Part shown: piece by piece, positions 12,326 through 24,133 of the stretch
Position numbering within the stretch: position 1 is the stretch's first letter
Layout of the letters: every line of letters starts with the position of its first letter
Assembly (NCBI GenBank): GCA_965287045.1
Contig: OZ336877.1
Coordinates: forward strand, 4,712,001-4,776,000
Direction: 5' to 3'
DNA: 64,000 nucleotides
DNA from: Carcharhinus amblyrhynchos
Taxonomy: Eukaryota
Position numbers and translations under genes: made by a program
The notes under the pieces: model-generated
Database searches by the model: none
The model's input: only the letters and a program-made list of their open reading frames with translations
Told to the model about the DNA's origin: nothing

Positions 12326-14754
12326 CTGTAGCAGTGTCAGTATCTGTAGGTGTGACACTGATAAGCCTCAAAGTCTATGATGCACATACGCATTAGATGG
12401 TGTCCACATTAAAGGGAAAGCCTGTTCCTTCCCTCAATCCAACCCCATTCCCTCCAAGTCAACGGATGGCCCTGGGTCATTGGAAGATTTTCCTCCCAGC
12501 TTCTCGCTGCTTCCTGGAAGGTAAAGGCAGGTTTGGTAGTAAACGCCCAGTGAAATTTTCCCAATGAGACCATGGGACATTTCCTAACTGCACCTTACCG
12601 TGTCAATGGGTTTAGTGAGGAGAAACAACAAGCTTCCTTGGGAAATTCCAAATCCACACCAGATAACAGGGAAAGACTCTGTTAAGCCTGAGAGTAGACA
12701 TTATAGACACTGGAATGCAAAGGTGGATGTGGACAACTAACCTCTTGAGGGGAATTATACCTCCTGACAGGCCACTAACAATACTTAGGGATATTGATTC
12801 AGGCGAGACTCCTATACTGGGTCAGAGTAGCATAACTTTGCCCCGATTTCCTTGGTTTTCAGTGAGGCTAAGTCATGAGTGATTTCCCCTTTTGGTGTCA
12901 ATGCCGTGCCCCAAATATGATTATGATCCAGTGCCCCACATGAGGGGTGGGCAGGTACATGTCCATCTCTGAGGCATTCAGGACATATATTCTTATGCAT
13001 ACAGCAGATGGAATGTGTGTATCCATTGGCAATGGGGACGGTTAACATTTTTGGAATTCTATGTTCAACATTACTGTAAGTGCAGCTGCTGTCCCCTACA
13101 AACTGGACACCAATATCCAAACACAATTAGTCAGAGTTAGGAGACTGACAGAGAAAGCTTTCTGTACTCTATACTGTTAGGCATATCACATGCCACTGAA
13201 CGGCTGAGTCTATTTTGGTAGCTGGATGAATTGCTTGACCCACTAAACAGTTTGAAACCCTCAACGGTGGGCCAGATGGATCCCCATCCACGTCAAACTG
13301 AAGCAATTCATCACCATATAAGCACAAGCCTTTACGGACCATGCATTGTGTCTGCCTTATTGCGAGTCGTGTATATCAGCGAAGCCTTTTCTATGACCTG
13401 CAGAAACAGCAGCCAGCTGTGATCAATTTTACCTTGCGTCCGTACGTGCTGTAAGCAGCAGGACAAGAAATCCAATAACTAATCCATCTTGCACTCCTTA
13501 TGCAAGAGCAAATAATGCCTCAGCAGCATCGAATCACTAGTTTGCTGTTGTTACTGCAATGAAAGACTAGACTTTTAACCAACATTTCAATGATTACTAT
13601 CTGCTTGTGTGAACTCTCATCAAAAAAAATTACCGATAAACCTTGAACAATGCAATGTCAGATTGCGCAAGAGTGCGTAGGGCCAGCTTGGAGGGGGAGG
13701 AAACTTGCTGGATCCAGCACCACTCGGCCCATTTCGCCCATCAGCTATTTTGTTTGGTTGCATATTTCATGTGAATAAATAATACATCCACGAGATTTTG
13801 CTGAGGGAAATGTATTTCATCTGAATCAATATGCTACATGAGAGATCACTAAGACCTTGATGGGAGAGGATAGAGACAGTCAAAGATGGTTCTGGCACTC
13901 GAGACCTGGCAAGATTTGCAAGATTTAAAAACATATATTTTTCACTTTCAACTTCTCCCCAGAAGTACTTTATCCTCAGAGGTTCCAATATTTGCCAAAA
14001 GAGGCTTGTGGGGGAGGCAAGGTCAGAAAAGACGCTGCTCGGGGATGAACGGGGAACGGCAGGTACTTGTGAAGATTTGAGCAGGTTGAGTGATACCATT
14101 GTGGACGGGTTCCCAGGCAGGGAGGGTGCGTAGGTCGCAAGGCTAAATATAACGTACTGCGCGAGTGGATTTCTCATGCTGGGGCTCTTGAGAAAGAGTC
14201 CCAGTCAGATTATTAATCATCAATGTTACCTTACCGAAAAGCTGTTATTCGAGCTGTTTGCATTCCACTAAATGGATACGAGAGTTGCACTTTGTAGCAA
14301 AATAATCATTCGCTTCAATGAATCACTTGAACCACTCTGCAATGTGGAGCTCCTCCAGCACTGGAATTATAGGCTTAAACCGTTTACATTCTATAATGGA
14401 TCCAAAATATTGGCATCAACTGCGAGTTCTATGCTTCCCCCTTATTATCAAGGGAAGTGACCTCCAGGTTAGCAATACACAAAGACCCGCTTAAATGGAT
14501 TCGACTGCTTAAGCGGCCAATCTTAACTGGCCTGCAGCAGGGAAATATCTGTAATTCTGAAACTTTGTACGCTACCTCATTGCAATGCCTCCAGTGGCAT
14601 GGCTCGTCATAGTATACAAGCCCATTTCCAATTTGTATTTAACATGAGAATATTGAGTATTACACAATGTGAAAATTTCCGAGGATATCTTGTGATATTT
14701 GCTTTGTCATGTGCAAAAATAATTTGTTTGTGACACTGTTTGTGTATGGTTCAG

Positions 14755-15245
14755 CTCATCTGCTACTGCAACCCTCATTCGTGACTTTATCACCGCAATG
14801 CATTCCTGGACGGTCCCCCACATTTTATCCTCTGTAAACTCGAGGTCACCCAGAACACTGCTGCCCTCGTCTTAACTCGCAGCAAGTCCCATTCTCCCCA
14901 TGTTCTCTACCCTACATTGGGTCCTGGTCATGCAACATTCTGGGCCTGGTTTTCTGGCTCCACCAAGATCTTGCCCTTCCCTGACTCTGTGCTCTCCTAC
15001 AGTCCTTGAAGTACTTTGGGATATCGGCGTTCCTCTAATTCTAATGCTCTTAAGCAATCCAGATTTTGGTTGCTCCACCCCAAGCTACCACTCTTTGAAG
15101 CCCTCCTTAGGGTCTTTTGACCAAATTGTTGGCCATCTGAGCTGATTCTTTCACGTAGCTTGCTATCAAAGTTTGTCTTTGATGCTCCTGTGAAGGACCT
15201 TGGGACGTTTCATTCAGTTTGAGGCAGTATATTGTCACTGTTGAA
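14755..15245 (+). mobile_element. L2 LINE 3' end, degraded
   Basis: Reads FLDGPP..LCKLEVTQNTAALVLTRSKSHSP..LHWVLV (L2 ORF2 C-terminus), with the tail gctcctgtgaaggaccttgggacgttt. Confidence 0.7.
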
Positions 15246-15805
15246 ATGAAAGCCAGGTTTTCGTTGCTGATTCTGCCTCATCCAATGGAAAAATACATGT
15301 TTATATGTCTAAGTGAATCAAAGCAGAACGCAGTGCTTGGGTAACTTAATCTAACATTGTTTTGATGCTGCAGTATTTAAAATATTATGTAAGTATCCAT
15401 GTATTCTCTTAACGAAGCATTTTCTATCACCCGGACTGACTCTGGGTTCAGGGAGAACCCCTGTTCCAAATTGCCATCAAATGTCAACTTCTGGAAGGTC
15501 ATGTGAGTTGACATCAAGCGAGAACAGGATTAACCGTAGTCATGATGTTTCCCATGGAGGAATAGTTTAGTAACACTAAGTACTGTGAGTGTCTTCATGC
15601 TGGTTATGAGAAACCTTGCCTGCTGTCAATGTAATTCAGAAAGTCACAGGTACATTGTCCGCAATTTTCCATTCATGGGATACAACGAATGGAAAATCAG
15701 AGCCACCGCTCCTGAGGTTTTCAGATACACACTGGCAGCAGGCGAGGTTCCTCACCACCAGCAGACACTTGGGAAAACCCAGGCCTTGGTGTCCAGGCTA
15801 ACACA

Positions 15806-15950
15806 CAGAGAACAAAAAAAGTGCTGGAAAATCCCGGCAAGTCTGACAGTGTCTGTGGAGAGAGGACAGGGCCGACGTTTGGAGACTGGATGACCCGATC
15901 TGCCGAGATTTTCTGTTCTTGTTTCAGATTCCACCATCCACAGCATTTTA
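15806..15950. mobile_element. Penelope pLTR-derived fold-back element
   Basis: gtgctggaaaatcccggcaagtctg...gacccgatctgccgagattttctg...tttcagattccaccatccacagc has inverted arms of the family at 46660, 53340 and 59237. Confidence 0.65.
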
Positions 15951-16647
15951 CAATGAACAGAAACCTGGGGGCGGGGGAAGGATGCTGGAGACAGAGCCTT
16001 GACCTACACCATCCAAGTGAATGTTTCAGAGGAGAACACTAAAAAAGGTGGGCAGCAGAATCTTCACAAATGGTCCTGAATTTGACTTTTTCTTTCTATC
16101 ACCTCAAACCTAGAACAACCATTCAAAATGCTTTATTACCATTACTTGACAACAATTCAAACAGATAAGCCCAGATCTTTTTTTTAAAACTGCAGTGCTT
16201 TCTTTTGTAATTGCTACATACATAATGATCACGTGTTATATGATACCACAATCTATCCCCTCATTGTTCAACAAAAGGATTAATATATAGGTCATTCCAT
16301 CAGAAACAAGGTCACAAAATACAGTGTAACCCTTTTTACTGCAGTGGAAATTTGGCAGTGACATCCACAGACAGCTTAGTTATTAAAAGTGTCTCAGTGT
16401 TCTTTTCAGGTTCAACAACAACTAGTTCTTACTGACAGCAATGCTGAAATGCCAATGAGAGTTCTGGTAGCTGCCCTGAGGAAAAACAGAATTGCGTGAG
16501 ATCATTTTACTTGGATTGGCCGACTCGCATGCTGTGACAGAAGGGAAGGAGAAAAAGGAACAAAAAAGAGAGGAGGAGGAGGGAAGGCAAGGATAAATGA
16601 GAAGAAGAAAGATTGATCAAAGCAACCAAAACAGATGCATTAAGGCA

Positions 16648-16720
16648 AGTACAGTAAGAAGTCTGACAATGCCAGGTTAAAGTCCAAGAGGTTTATTTGG
16701 CAGCACTAGCTTTTGGGGTC
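16648..16720 (-). mobile_element. truncated Penelope-like short element (family at 35036 and 61474)
   Basis: Reverse complement reads ccaaaagctagtgctgccaaataaacctcttggactttaacctggcattgtcagacttcttactgt. Confidence 0.75.
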
Positions 16721-16727
16721 TCAAACT

Positions 16728-16803
16728 AGGAATTGAACCTGGCATCAAACCTGGGTCCCTGGCACTGAGAGGCAGTAGTGCCTACCACTGTGCCACCCTG
16801 CCC
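16728..16803 (-). mobile_element. V-SINE tRNA-derived head fragment
   Basis: Reverse complement reads gggtggcacagtggtaggcactactgcctctcagtgccagggacccaggtttgat (A/B boxes). Confidence 0.7.
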
Positions 16804-17892
16804 TCTCATAAGGAACTTCTTTATGAAAAGCGTGAAACATGTCTAGATCCTTAAATACTAGTTGGGTTTCTGTGTCAATGGAATTGTGGCAGAATTGGAC
16901 AGCCAGAGGTGTAGAGCTGGTCTGAAATTTTGGGAACACATCATCAGTGTGGGCAGAAGATGGCTGGAAGGGCACAGAGGAGCTCGTTCCAACAGCAGTG
17001 TGGGAAACTGGACCATGCATCATGAGAGAGGAAGAGATCCTCGAACAGGAATGGATTCTGCTTTCGTATCTCAGCAGCCAAAAGGAAAAGATAATTGATC
17101 TCTTCTGGGTTTGATTACCTCCATTCATTACAGGTTTGGGGCCTTTCTGAGCACACGGCCGCTTTTGATTGATAAATCTCCATCGAACCTTACAAAAAGG
17201 TACACTGGATGAATTCCTAGGGTTGCACTTGATATCTCCCATTCACGTGGGAGCAGCATAAGGGAGACATGCACACATTACTCCCAGTCCACCCACGTTT
17301 CCTCCTCCACCCCATGTCACTAGCAATTCGGAGCTTCTTCCGCAGGGTAAAATCCTAACAGAGCTGCGTTCTGCCTCCACAACGTGCATTCTTTCCAGTA
17401 CCCAAAACTGTTAGAGAAATTCAACATACTCTGGGATTTAAAACACTAATAAAGTTTACTAGAACCAAGTGGGTTAATTTTGGATAAGAATTACAGCCTA
17501 TGTTAAAAAATACTAGACATACTGTCTGCATAGAAACACATATAACCACATTAAACATGTATTTTGGATTTGAACAAATATTTTGGATTTAAATATTATT
17601 TTGGATTTGATTTCTGTACACTTTGGCCAAAATGCAGGCTGCCTTGAAGCATAATGGGAAAGAAGCTAGCTAAGCAAAATTGCATTCTTTTCGAACAATG
17701 TAGGCACAGAGTACAATTTGTTATCAGTGTTGGTCAGGGAAAGTGCAGGTTCTCAGATTCTAAAATAGGATTATTCATTTTTACTGATAAAAGTAGGTCA
17801 TCAAAGCAATGCAAACAGAAATTTTTGACCCTATGATTTGCGTAATAGAAGTTGCTAAGAGACAGGGCAGGGGCAGTGGGGGGCGGGGGGGG

Positions 17893-18279
17893 TGTTGTTA
17901 CCTCTGAACTCTATAATTAGCATTTTAGGAGTTGCTAGGAGACCAGACGGGAAGGAGGTTCTGGATTCTATGGACCAATGAACTCCCAATCGTGTCAGGG
18001 GGTGGGATGTAGTTGGCCAAAGTACATGGCATGCATTGACAATGATTGATCTGTATCATTGATGGTTGGTTCATATCCAGCGAAGATGGAGCAATAAGTG
18101 GGAGAAGCTAACTTTGGAAATGTATCAGTGTGTTGACAAACGCAACGTACTTCAGAAATCGCAGTCAGACTACCTGACTATGTATTTTCTCCCAGTACCT
18201 ATTGGTCAATAAAAAGAAACATCTTTAACCAGGATACTGCCTTTGTGAGTCCTTGTATCTGCTAAAATTTGGTAATACA
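17893..18279 (+). mobile_element. candidate LTR (387 bp) preceded by a polypurine-rich tract
   Basis: TGTTGTTACC...GGTAATACA terminal inverted ends, an internal AATAAA near 18208, and a G/purine run at 17858-17892 immediately 5'. No TSD is seen. Confidence 0.4.
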
Positions 18280-18747
18280 CGGTCTCTGAAAAACCCCCAC
18301 TGCAGTCACAAACATTACAGGGCTTAAAAAAGCATTTCAACGCTTAAAGCAGAGAGTTAGAACATTAGTGGAATGTACTTTAGTAGGCTGAGTCGCTTTT
18401 GTCATCTTTTGACTTACGTTCAATATCACAGCCAATAGCAAAACTGTCACATAAAGTGTTCCCGTACAGACTAATAAAATCTCACTCCAAACGTCAACCA
18501 CTGCCATTCTTCCCTACAGTCAATTGCTAACAACCAGGCATAAAATTCTTAGACATTAATGGTGATCACTGCTATTGCCAAGTTATTACTTCCAGCTGCA
18601 GACAATACATTATGAAATGCAAGTGCCAAAGTTTAAATAAAATAGAAAAGGCTGATGTAACAGCCAGCTCAGAAAAGTGGAACATGTGTCTCACAACTAG
18701 ATGGTAGAGTCATTTTTTGTACCACTCATCACTCAAATATACTTACA

Positions 18748-19365
18748 GGGCAGAAGTTGCGGACGCTGGAATCGGAAACAAAAACAGAGAAAGCTTGAAA
18801 AATCTAGTGGATCTGGCTGGGACTCTATTCACTGCTCCCAATACAGTCTCCTCTAAACTGGGGAGACTAAATGCAGACAGGGTGGCTACTTTACAGAGTA
18901 CCTTTGCTCAATCCACAACCTTCCTGTTGCTACTCATTTTAAATCAGCACCTTGCGACCATGCCCATCTGTCCAGCCTTGGCCTTTTGCAATGCTCCAGT
19001 GAAACTTAATGCAAACTGAAGGGACAGCATCTCAGCTTCTGATTACGCACGTTACAGCACTTGGGACTCGAGATTGAGTTTGACAACTATAGACTGTGAC
19101 ATCTCCCCTCTCTCTTTACCTTTTTTAATATCCCAACCACTGTTTTGTTCTGATGCAAAAATCCTTCCTCCCTCACCAGGCCATTTATCACTTTTTTTCC
19201 ATTACTCATCACTGTTCCAGTAGTTTCACCCACTCACATCTAATCATATTTTTCCCCTCGCTTTAACTCTGGAAAACAGTCAGGTGGACTCAAAATGTTA
19301 ACTCTGTTTTCTCTCCCTTGGACGCTGCCAGACCTGCTGAGTTTTTCCAACTTTTTCTGACTTTG
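18748..19365 (+). mobile_element. degenerate Penelope-like element: inverted 5' pLTR, GIY-YIG endonuclease remnant, 3' pLTR
   Basis: From ~18827 it reads IHCSQYSLL*TGETKCRQGGYFTEYLCS and, at 19010-19093, CKLKGQHLSF*LRTLQHLGLEIEFDNYR. These match the Penelope GIY-YIG pattern (IRCSQCGLLYIGETKRRLGDRFAEH...KLEEQHLIFRLGTLQP.GLNIEF). 18748-18820 is an inverted copy of 19300-19365. Confidence 0.8.
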
Positions 19366-19371
19366 ACTGAA

Positions 19372-19672
19372 ATTTAGTTTTCGTTTAGTTTTAGTTTATT
19401 TATTCGTGTCACAAGTAGGCTTACATTAACACTGCAATGAAGTTAACGTGAAAATCCCCTCGTCGCCACGCTCCGGCTCCTGAGGGAGAATTTAGCACGA
19501 CCAATGCACCTAACCAGCATGTCTTTCGGACTTTGAGAGGAAACCAGAGTACCCGGAGGAAACCCATGTTCACCTGGGGAAAATGTGCAGTCTGTGACCC
19601 AAGCTCGGAATTGAACCCAGGTCCCTGGCGCGATGAGGCAGCAGCATTAACCCTTGTGCCACCATGCCGCCC
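19372..19672 (-). mobile_element. V-SINE (HE1-related, alternative 3' tail), near full length
   Basis: tRNA head plus V-domain (ggtttcctccgggtactctggtttcctc..gtccgaaagacatgctggttagg), and tail ggggattttcac..cttcattgcagtgttaatgtaagcctacttgtgac. Confidence 0.85.
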
Positions 19673-19764
19673 CACATTGGTGCTCTTCCATGAATCGGAG
19701 AATAGACGGAACATATTCTTGTAGGTACCGATCAGATACCAATGATACAAATAAATTTTGCCTT

Positions 19765-20490
19765 TCAAGTTTATTGGCCCAGATTTTAAGACTCTCAGCA
19801 GTGAAGAGGATCAGAAGGACCTTGGGGTCCGGGTCCATAGGACTCTTAAATCAGCCTCGCAGGTAGAGGATGTGGTTAAGAAGGCGTATGGTGTTCTGGC
19901 CTTCATCAATCGAGGGATTGAGTTGAGGAGTTGGGAGATAATGCTGCAGCCTTACAAAGACCCTAGTCAGACCTCTCTTGGACCACTGTGCTCAGTTCTG
20001 GTCGCCTCATTACAGGAGGGACGTGGAAGCTATTGAAAGGGTGCAGAGGAGATTTACAAGGATGTTGCCTGGATTGGGTGGCATGCCTTATGAGGATAGG
20101 TTGAGGGAGCTCGGTCTTTTCTCCTTGGAGAGACGAAGGATGAGAGGTGTATAAGATGTTGAGAGGTATATAGATCAGGTGGATTCTCAGAGGCTTTTCC
20201 CCAGGGCTGAAATGGTTGCTATGAGAGGACACAGGTTTAAGGTGCTGGGGAGTAGGTACAGAGGAGATATCAGGGGTAAGTTTTTCACTGAGGGTAGTGG
20301 GTGAGTGGAATCGGCTGCCATCGGTGGTGGTGGAGGTGAATTCCCTTATTCATTAAGGAGGGTATTCTGGATGAGTACCTGGGACTTAATAGGATTGACG
20401 GTCAAAGATCAGCCTGGTGGGTATGGATATGATCGGCGCAACTTGTGGGCCGAAGGGCCTGTTTGCGCTGTAGTTTTTCTATGTTCTATT
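19765..20490 (+). mobile_element. CR1 LINE 3' portion (ORF2 remnant + 3'UTR)
   Basis: Reads EDQKDLGVRVHRTLKSASQVEDVVKKAYGVLAFINRGIE..., then FWSPHYRRDVEAIERVQRRFTRMLPGL in a shifted frame. Tail gggccgaagggcctgtttg. Confidence 0.9.
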
Positions 20491-21559
20491 TCAGGGTCAC
20501 GTGGAAGGCAAGCACTTGGTATTCTTCACACTGACAGCCACCTACAAGACTTGACCACATTCTGAGGGTTAACATTCACCATGGCGTCCTCCACTGGAGA
20601 TCAGTGGCTTGTGCCAGAAGGGTAAGAGTCAGAGTGGTTCTTCGACAGATTGGATTGAAGCATCCTCACACAGCCATGCAGAGTCTCAGCCAGGAAGTGT
20701 AAATTCAAATATTTAATTCATTGCAAAAATCATGCACAGAATGCATATTAAGGAAAGAAATTTTGGATTAAGAACGAGTCAGACAAAAAGAGCCAGGAAG
20801 AGTTAGTTGAAAAAAGCTTTAGTGCTAAATCACCAACACAAAATAAATACTGAAAGAATAAAACTTAACACTTGTAAAATTAAATTATCACTGCCAAGGC
20901 TGTTTGGCAGTAATAAGAGAGCACACCATTAAAAATAAAATCACTTACACCTGAATGTACCTCCCCAAATTTTTCTACTGTCTTTCACAGGTAATTAGTG
21001 GGGAAGTACAACAACCTCACATCCTTACACAGATTTTAATGTGAATTCGATTGGCAAGATACCGGTGTTACAAAGCTTCTGGAAGAGCAGTTTAAAAATT
21101 AGACTGCACTTCCTCTGTTTCTTCATTTAACTGTGCGATGCAAACTTTCAGCTGCTTCTCAATTTTCTCCATAATAAATACGAATGTTGAGAGCCTCAGT
21201 ATTCACACATAACTAGACCAATGTATAAGTGCTCAAATGTGAGAATTCTCATCACAAAATAACTGGGCCTATCAGTAGTAGTGATGGCAATCCAGGCAGC
21301 ACGAGAGCACCAGAAGAGGAAGACAGGTGAGGCTCATGCTCAGATTGGAAATAACAAATTTGTGGGGACTTAAAACAAGATTAGTAGACTTGCCAGCTTT
21401 AGCAAGAGAAAGCCGTCTCCAGGAAAACTTGCACCGTGAAAGACATTTTTGGAACGAAAGGTTTTCAGATTGAGTAAGGAAAAGATCCAAAGTAAACCCT
21501 CAGAGGAATCAGTTTGGACACATTTTAGGAGAAAACCAATCTAATGACCCTCGAACCTA

Positions 21560-21905
21560 AACTATTCCAATGTTATCCATATGCCTTTCCACTGATCATT
21601 TGAACACCCTTAAAGTTGGCGAGTCCACAACTGCTGCAGGCAGGGCATTCCACGCCCTTACTACCCTCTGAGTAAAGAGCCTACCTCTGACATCCGTCCT
21701 ATAACTACCACCCCTCAATTTAAAGCTATGTCCCCTCGTGTTAGCCATCACCATCCGAGGAAAAAGGCTCTTACTATCCACCCTATCTAACCCTCTGGTC
21801 ATCTTGTATGCCTCAATTAGGTCACCTCTTAACCTTCTTCTCTCTAACGAAAATAAACTCAAGTCCCTCAGCCTTTCCTGCTAAGACCTTGCCACCATAC
21901 CAGGA
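21560..21905 (-). mobile_element. CR1 LINE fragment inserted in the 5' LTR region of the Gypsy element
   Basis: ORF 21596-21862 reads SLFSLERRRLRGDLIEAYKMTRGLDRVDSKSLFPRMVMANTRGHSFKLRGGSYRTDVRGRLFTQRVVRAWNALP. Confidence 0.92.
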
Positions 21906-23174
21906 TTGAGGATTCTTTACAGGATTTTAAATCCACAGGCTGAGATGAGTACACTGGGCTTGGCCAGAGTTTAAACAAGCAAGATTTTGGTGTGAACATT
22001 GCTGTATTTGTTGGAAAGTTAAAACGGCTATGGCTTTTTCTGAATATCTTTCCTCAAGAGAGAGCTATCATCTTTTCAGTTTACCAAAGTTAATTTAAAA
22101 ACAGTGGCAGAAGAGTTGGAAATAGATTTAAAAGTGAAGAAAGTAAACAACCATTGAGGTATTGGCTCGATACTGGGCCTTGAGGAAGAAAAAGGCAGTC
22201 CAGATAAAACTCAGTGTGTGTTGGCTAGGACCCAGTGCAAATGAAACAACCGGAACTGGTGTCAGAGGAATAAGGAAAGAGATAGACAGCAGGAAACCCA
22301 AAACCAGAAAATCCCACCTGAGTCAATGCACCTTAGCATTGTTCCTTCCATTGCTACTTCACAGCAGGACAGGAAAACTCTGTCCCGAGAGTTTCAAAAA
22401 GTAAAACAAAGAGAAACTCGGAATTGCGAAGCAAAAGCAAAGTCAGGAAATTTGAACTGGACAGGCTTCAATGACGTGAATAGGGAGTAGCAGGCAGACT
22501 TGACAATGGGAGTGATTTAACTCCTGCTTTTGACTTGGCAAGAATATTTGCCAAGTTACTAAATTCAGTGAGGAAGGAATCGAAATGTCGATGTAAATTA
22601 CTATGAAGTTAGAGTAGCCAAAAAATAATTTGGGCAATTCTATCTCAGTGTTTTAGCAGAAAAAGCCTTGTGGAGGTTCATTCAACCCTTCAGGGTGAAC
22701 ATTTGCAGACTAGGATATAGTGAAGGTATCTGTGTCTTTGTGGATGAGATTGTTCCGAAAGCTTTTTGACAGAACTTAGCTGAGGAAGAGACACAATCAG
22801 GGTTTTGTGGAATTTGCTAGAGAGAAGAACGATGTTTGAATGATGGTACAGGGCAATGATACTTGATCAAGATTTTCAAAACCTGAGAAAGATGTTACTA
22901 CTGGAAGATTTTGCCAATGTTATTCATTTAGGGGTCAGATCCAAGCACGAAAACTATCAAGTTTTTAAAATAATGGAAGCTTTCATTAAGGAAGCAGCAA
23001 ACTTTTGCTTGCAAACCCACAGAGAAGCTGGCGGGATAAATGAGTTGATAATGAACAAAACAATATTTGGGGAATGGCAAAATTAATAAAGATGCTTCTC
23101 CGACTCGGGAATGAGACAAGGTGGGAAATAAATACAATTCAACGAGACCAACGCGTTACTTTTACCATAAGGTA

Positions 23175-24133
23175 AGGTGAGAGTGAATGCCGTTGACATC
23201 AAGGCAGCATTTGGCTGACTGAAGTCAGTGGAAATCAGGGGAAACGTTCTCCATTCTCCAAGATCATTCAAATAAATCTCTTCATGAGTTCGCCCCAACA
23301 ATCTTCAGCTGCTTAAGCAATGACCTTCCCTCTGTCATAAGCTCACAAACGTGGATAGTTGCTGAAGAGTGCATTATTTTCGGCAGCATTTGAGAATCCT
23401 CAGATAGTGAAACAGTTCTATCCATATGTACTATGATCTGGGCAACATTCAGGTATGGGCTGATAAGTGACAAGTAACATCTTGCCACGCAAATGCCAGG
23501 AAATGACATGACACAAGAAGAGAGAATCCAACCATTTCTCCTTGCCATTAAATGACGTTACTGCTTCTCTGGCTAACAATGCCCTGAAAATTACCATTGA
23601 CCTGAAACTGAACCGGACGAGCCGTATGAGCACTGTGGCTACAACAGCAGGTCAGAGGTTGGGAATTCTGTGATGGATAGCTCACTTCCTGTTCACAGTC
23701 AGGACTGTGACTCATGATGCAAAACCCACCAATTCACTGGAAAAGGGCGGCTCCAACACCATACAAGCAGCTGGACACCATCCAGGACAATGCAGCCTGT
23801 TTGACTGCTACCCCAACCAGGATTTCAAACATTCAGTCCATGCACAGCAGCAACAGTTTGTATCAATTACAAAATGCACCGCAAAAACTCATCAAGGATT
23901 CTTCGACAGCACTTTCCAAAACTGTGACCTTTACCATTTAGGAGGACAAGGATAGTAGATGCATGGGAACACCAACAACTCAAGCCCCCTAAAAGGCAGG
24001 CCATCCTAACTTGGAACAATCCTTCACTTGTCACTGGGTCAGAGTCCTGGAACGCCTTTCCAAGGGCAATAAGGGATGAGCAAGAAATGCGGGCCTAGCC
24101 TGCGGTGCCACATTCAGTGAAATAAATAAAAAA
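23175..24133 (+). mobile_element. CR1/L2-superclade (Crack-like) LINE 3' part inserted in the Gypsy gag zinc knuckle
   Basis: RT remnants VRVNAVDIKAAF, PTIFSCLSNDLPSVI, DLGNIQVWADK*QVT and APTPYKQLDTIQDNAACL. A-rich tail at 24121-24133. Confidence 0.8.

Noticed and set aside
16745-17242. 165-aa minus-strand ORF, the second longest in the track
   Set aside because: It spans a SINE head and a MITE-like repeat and has no protein-family features, so it is a chance ORF.
17560-17610. Three ATTTTGGATTT units resembling an array
   Set aside because: This is a short AT-rich slippage duplication without unique spacers of constant length. It is not CRISPR-like, and the DNA is eukaryotic.
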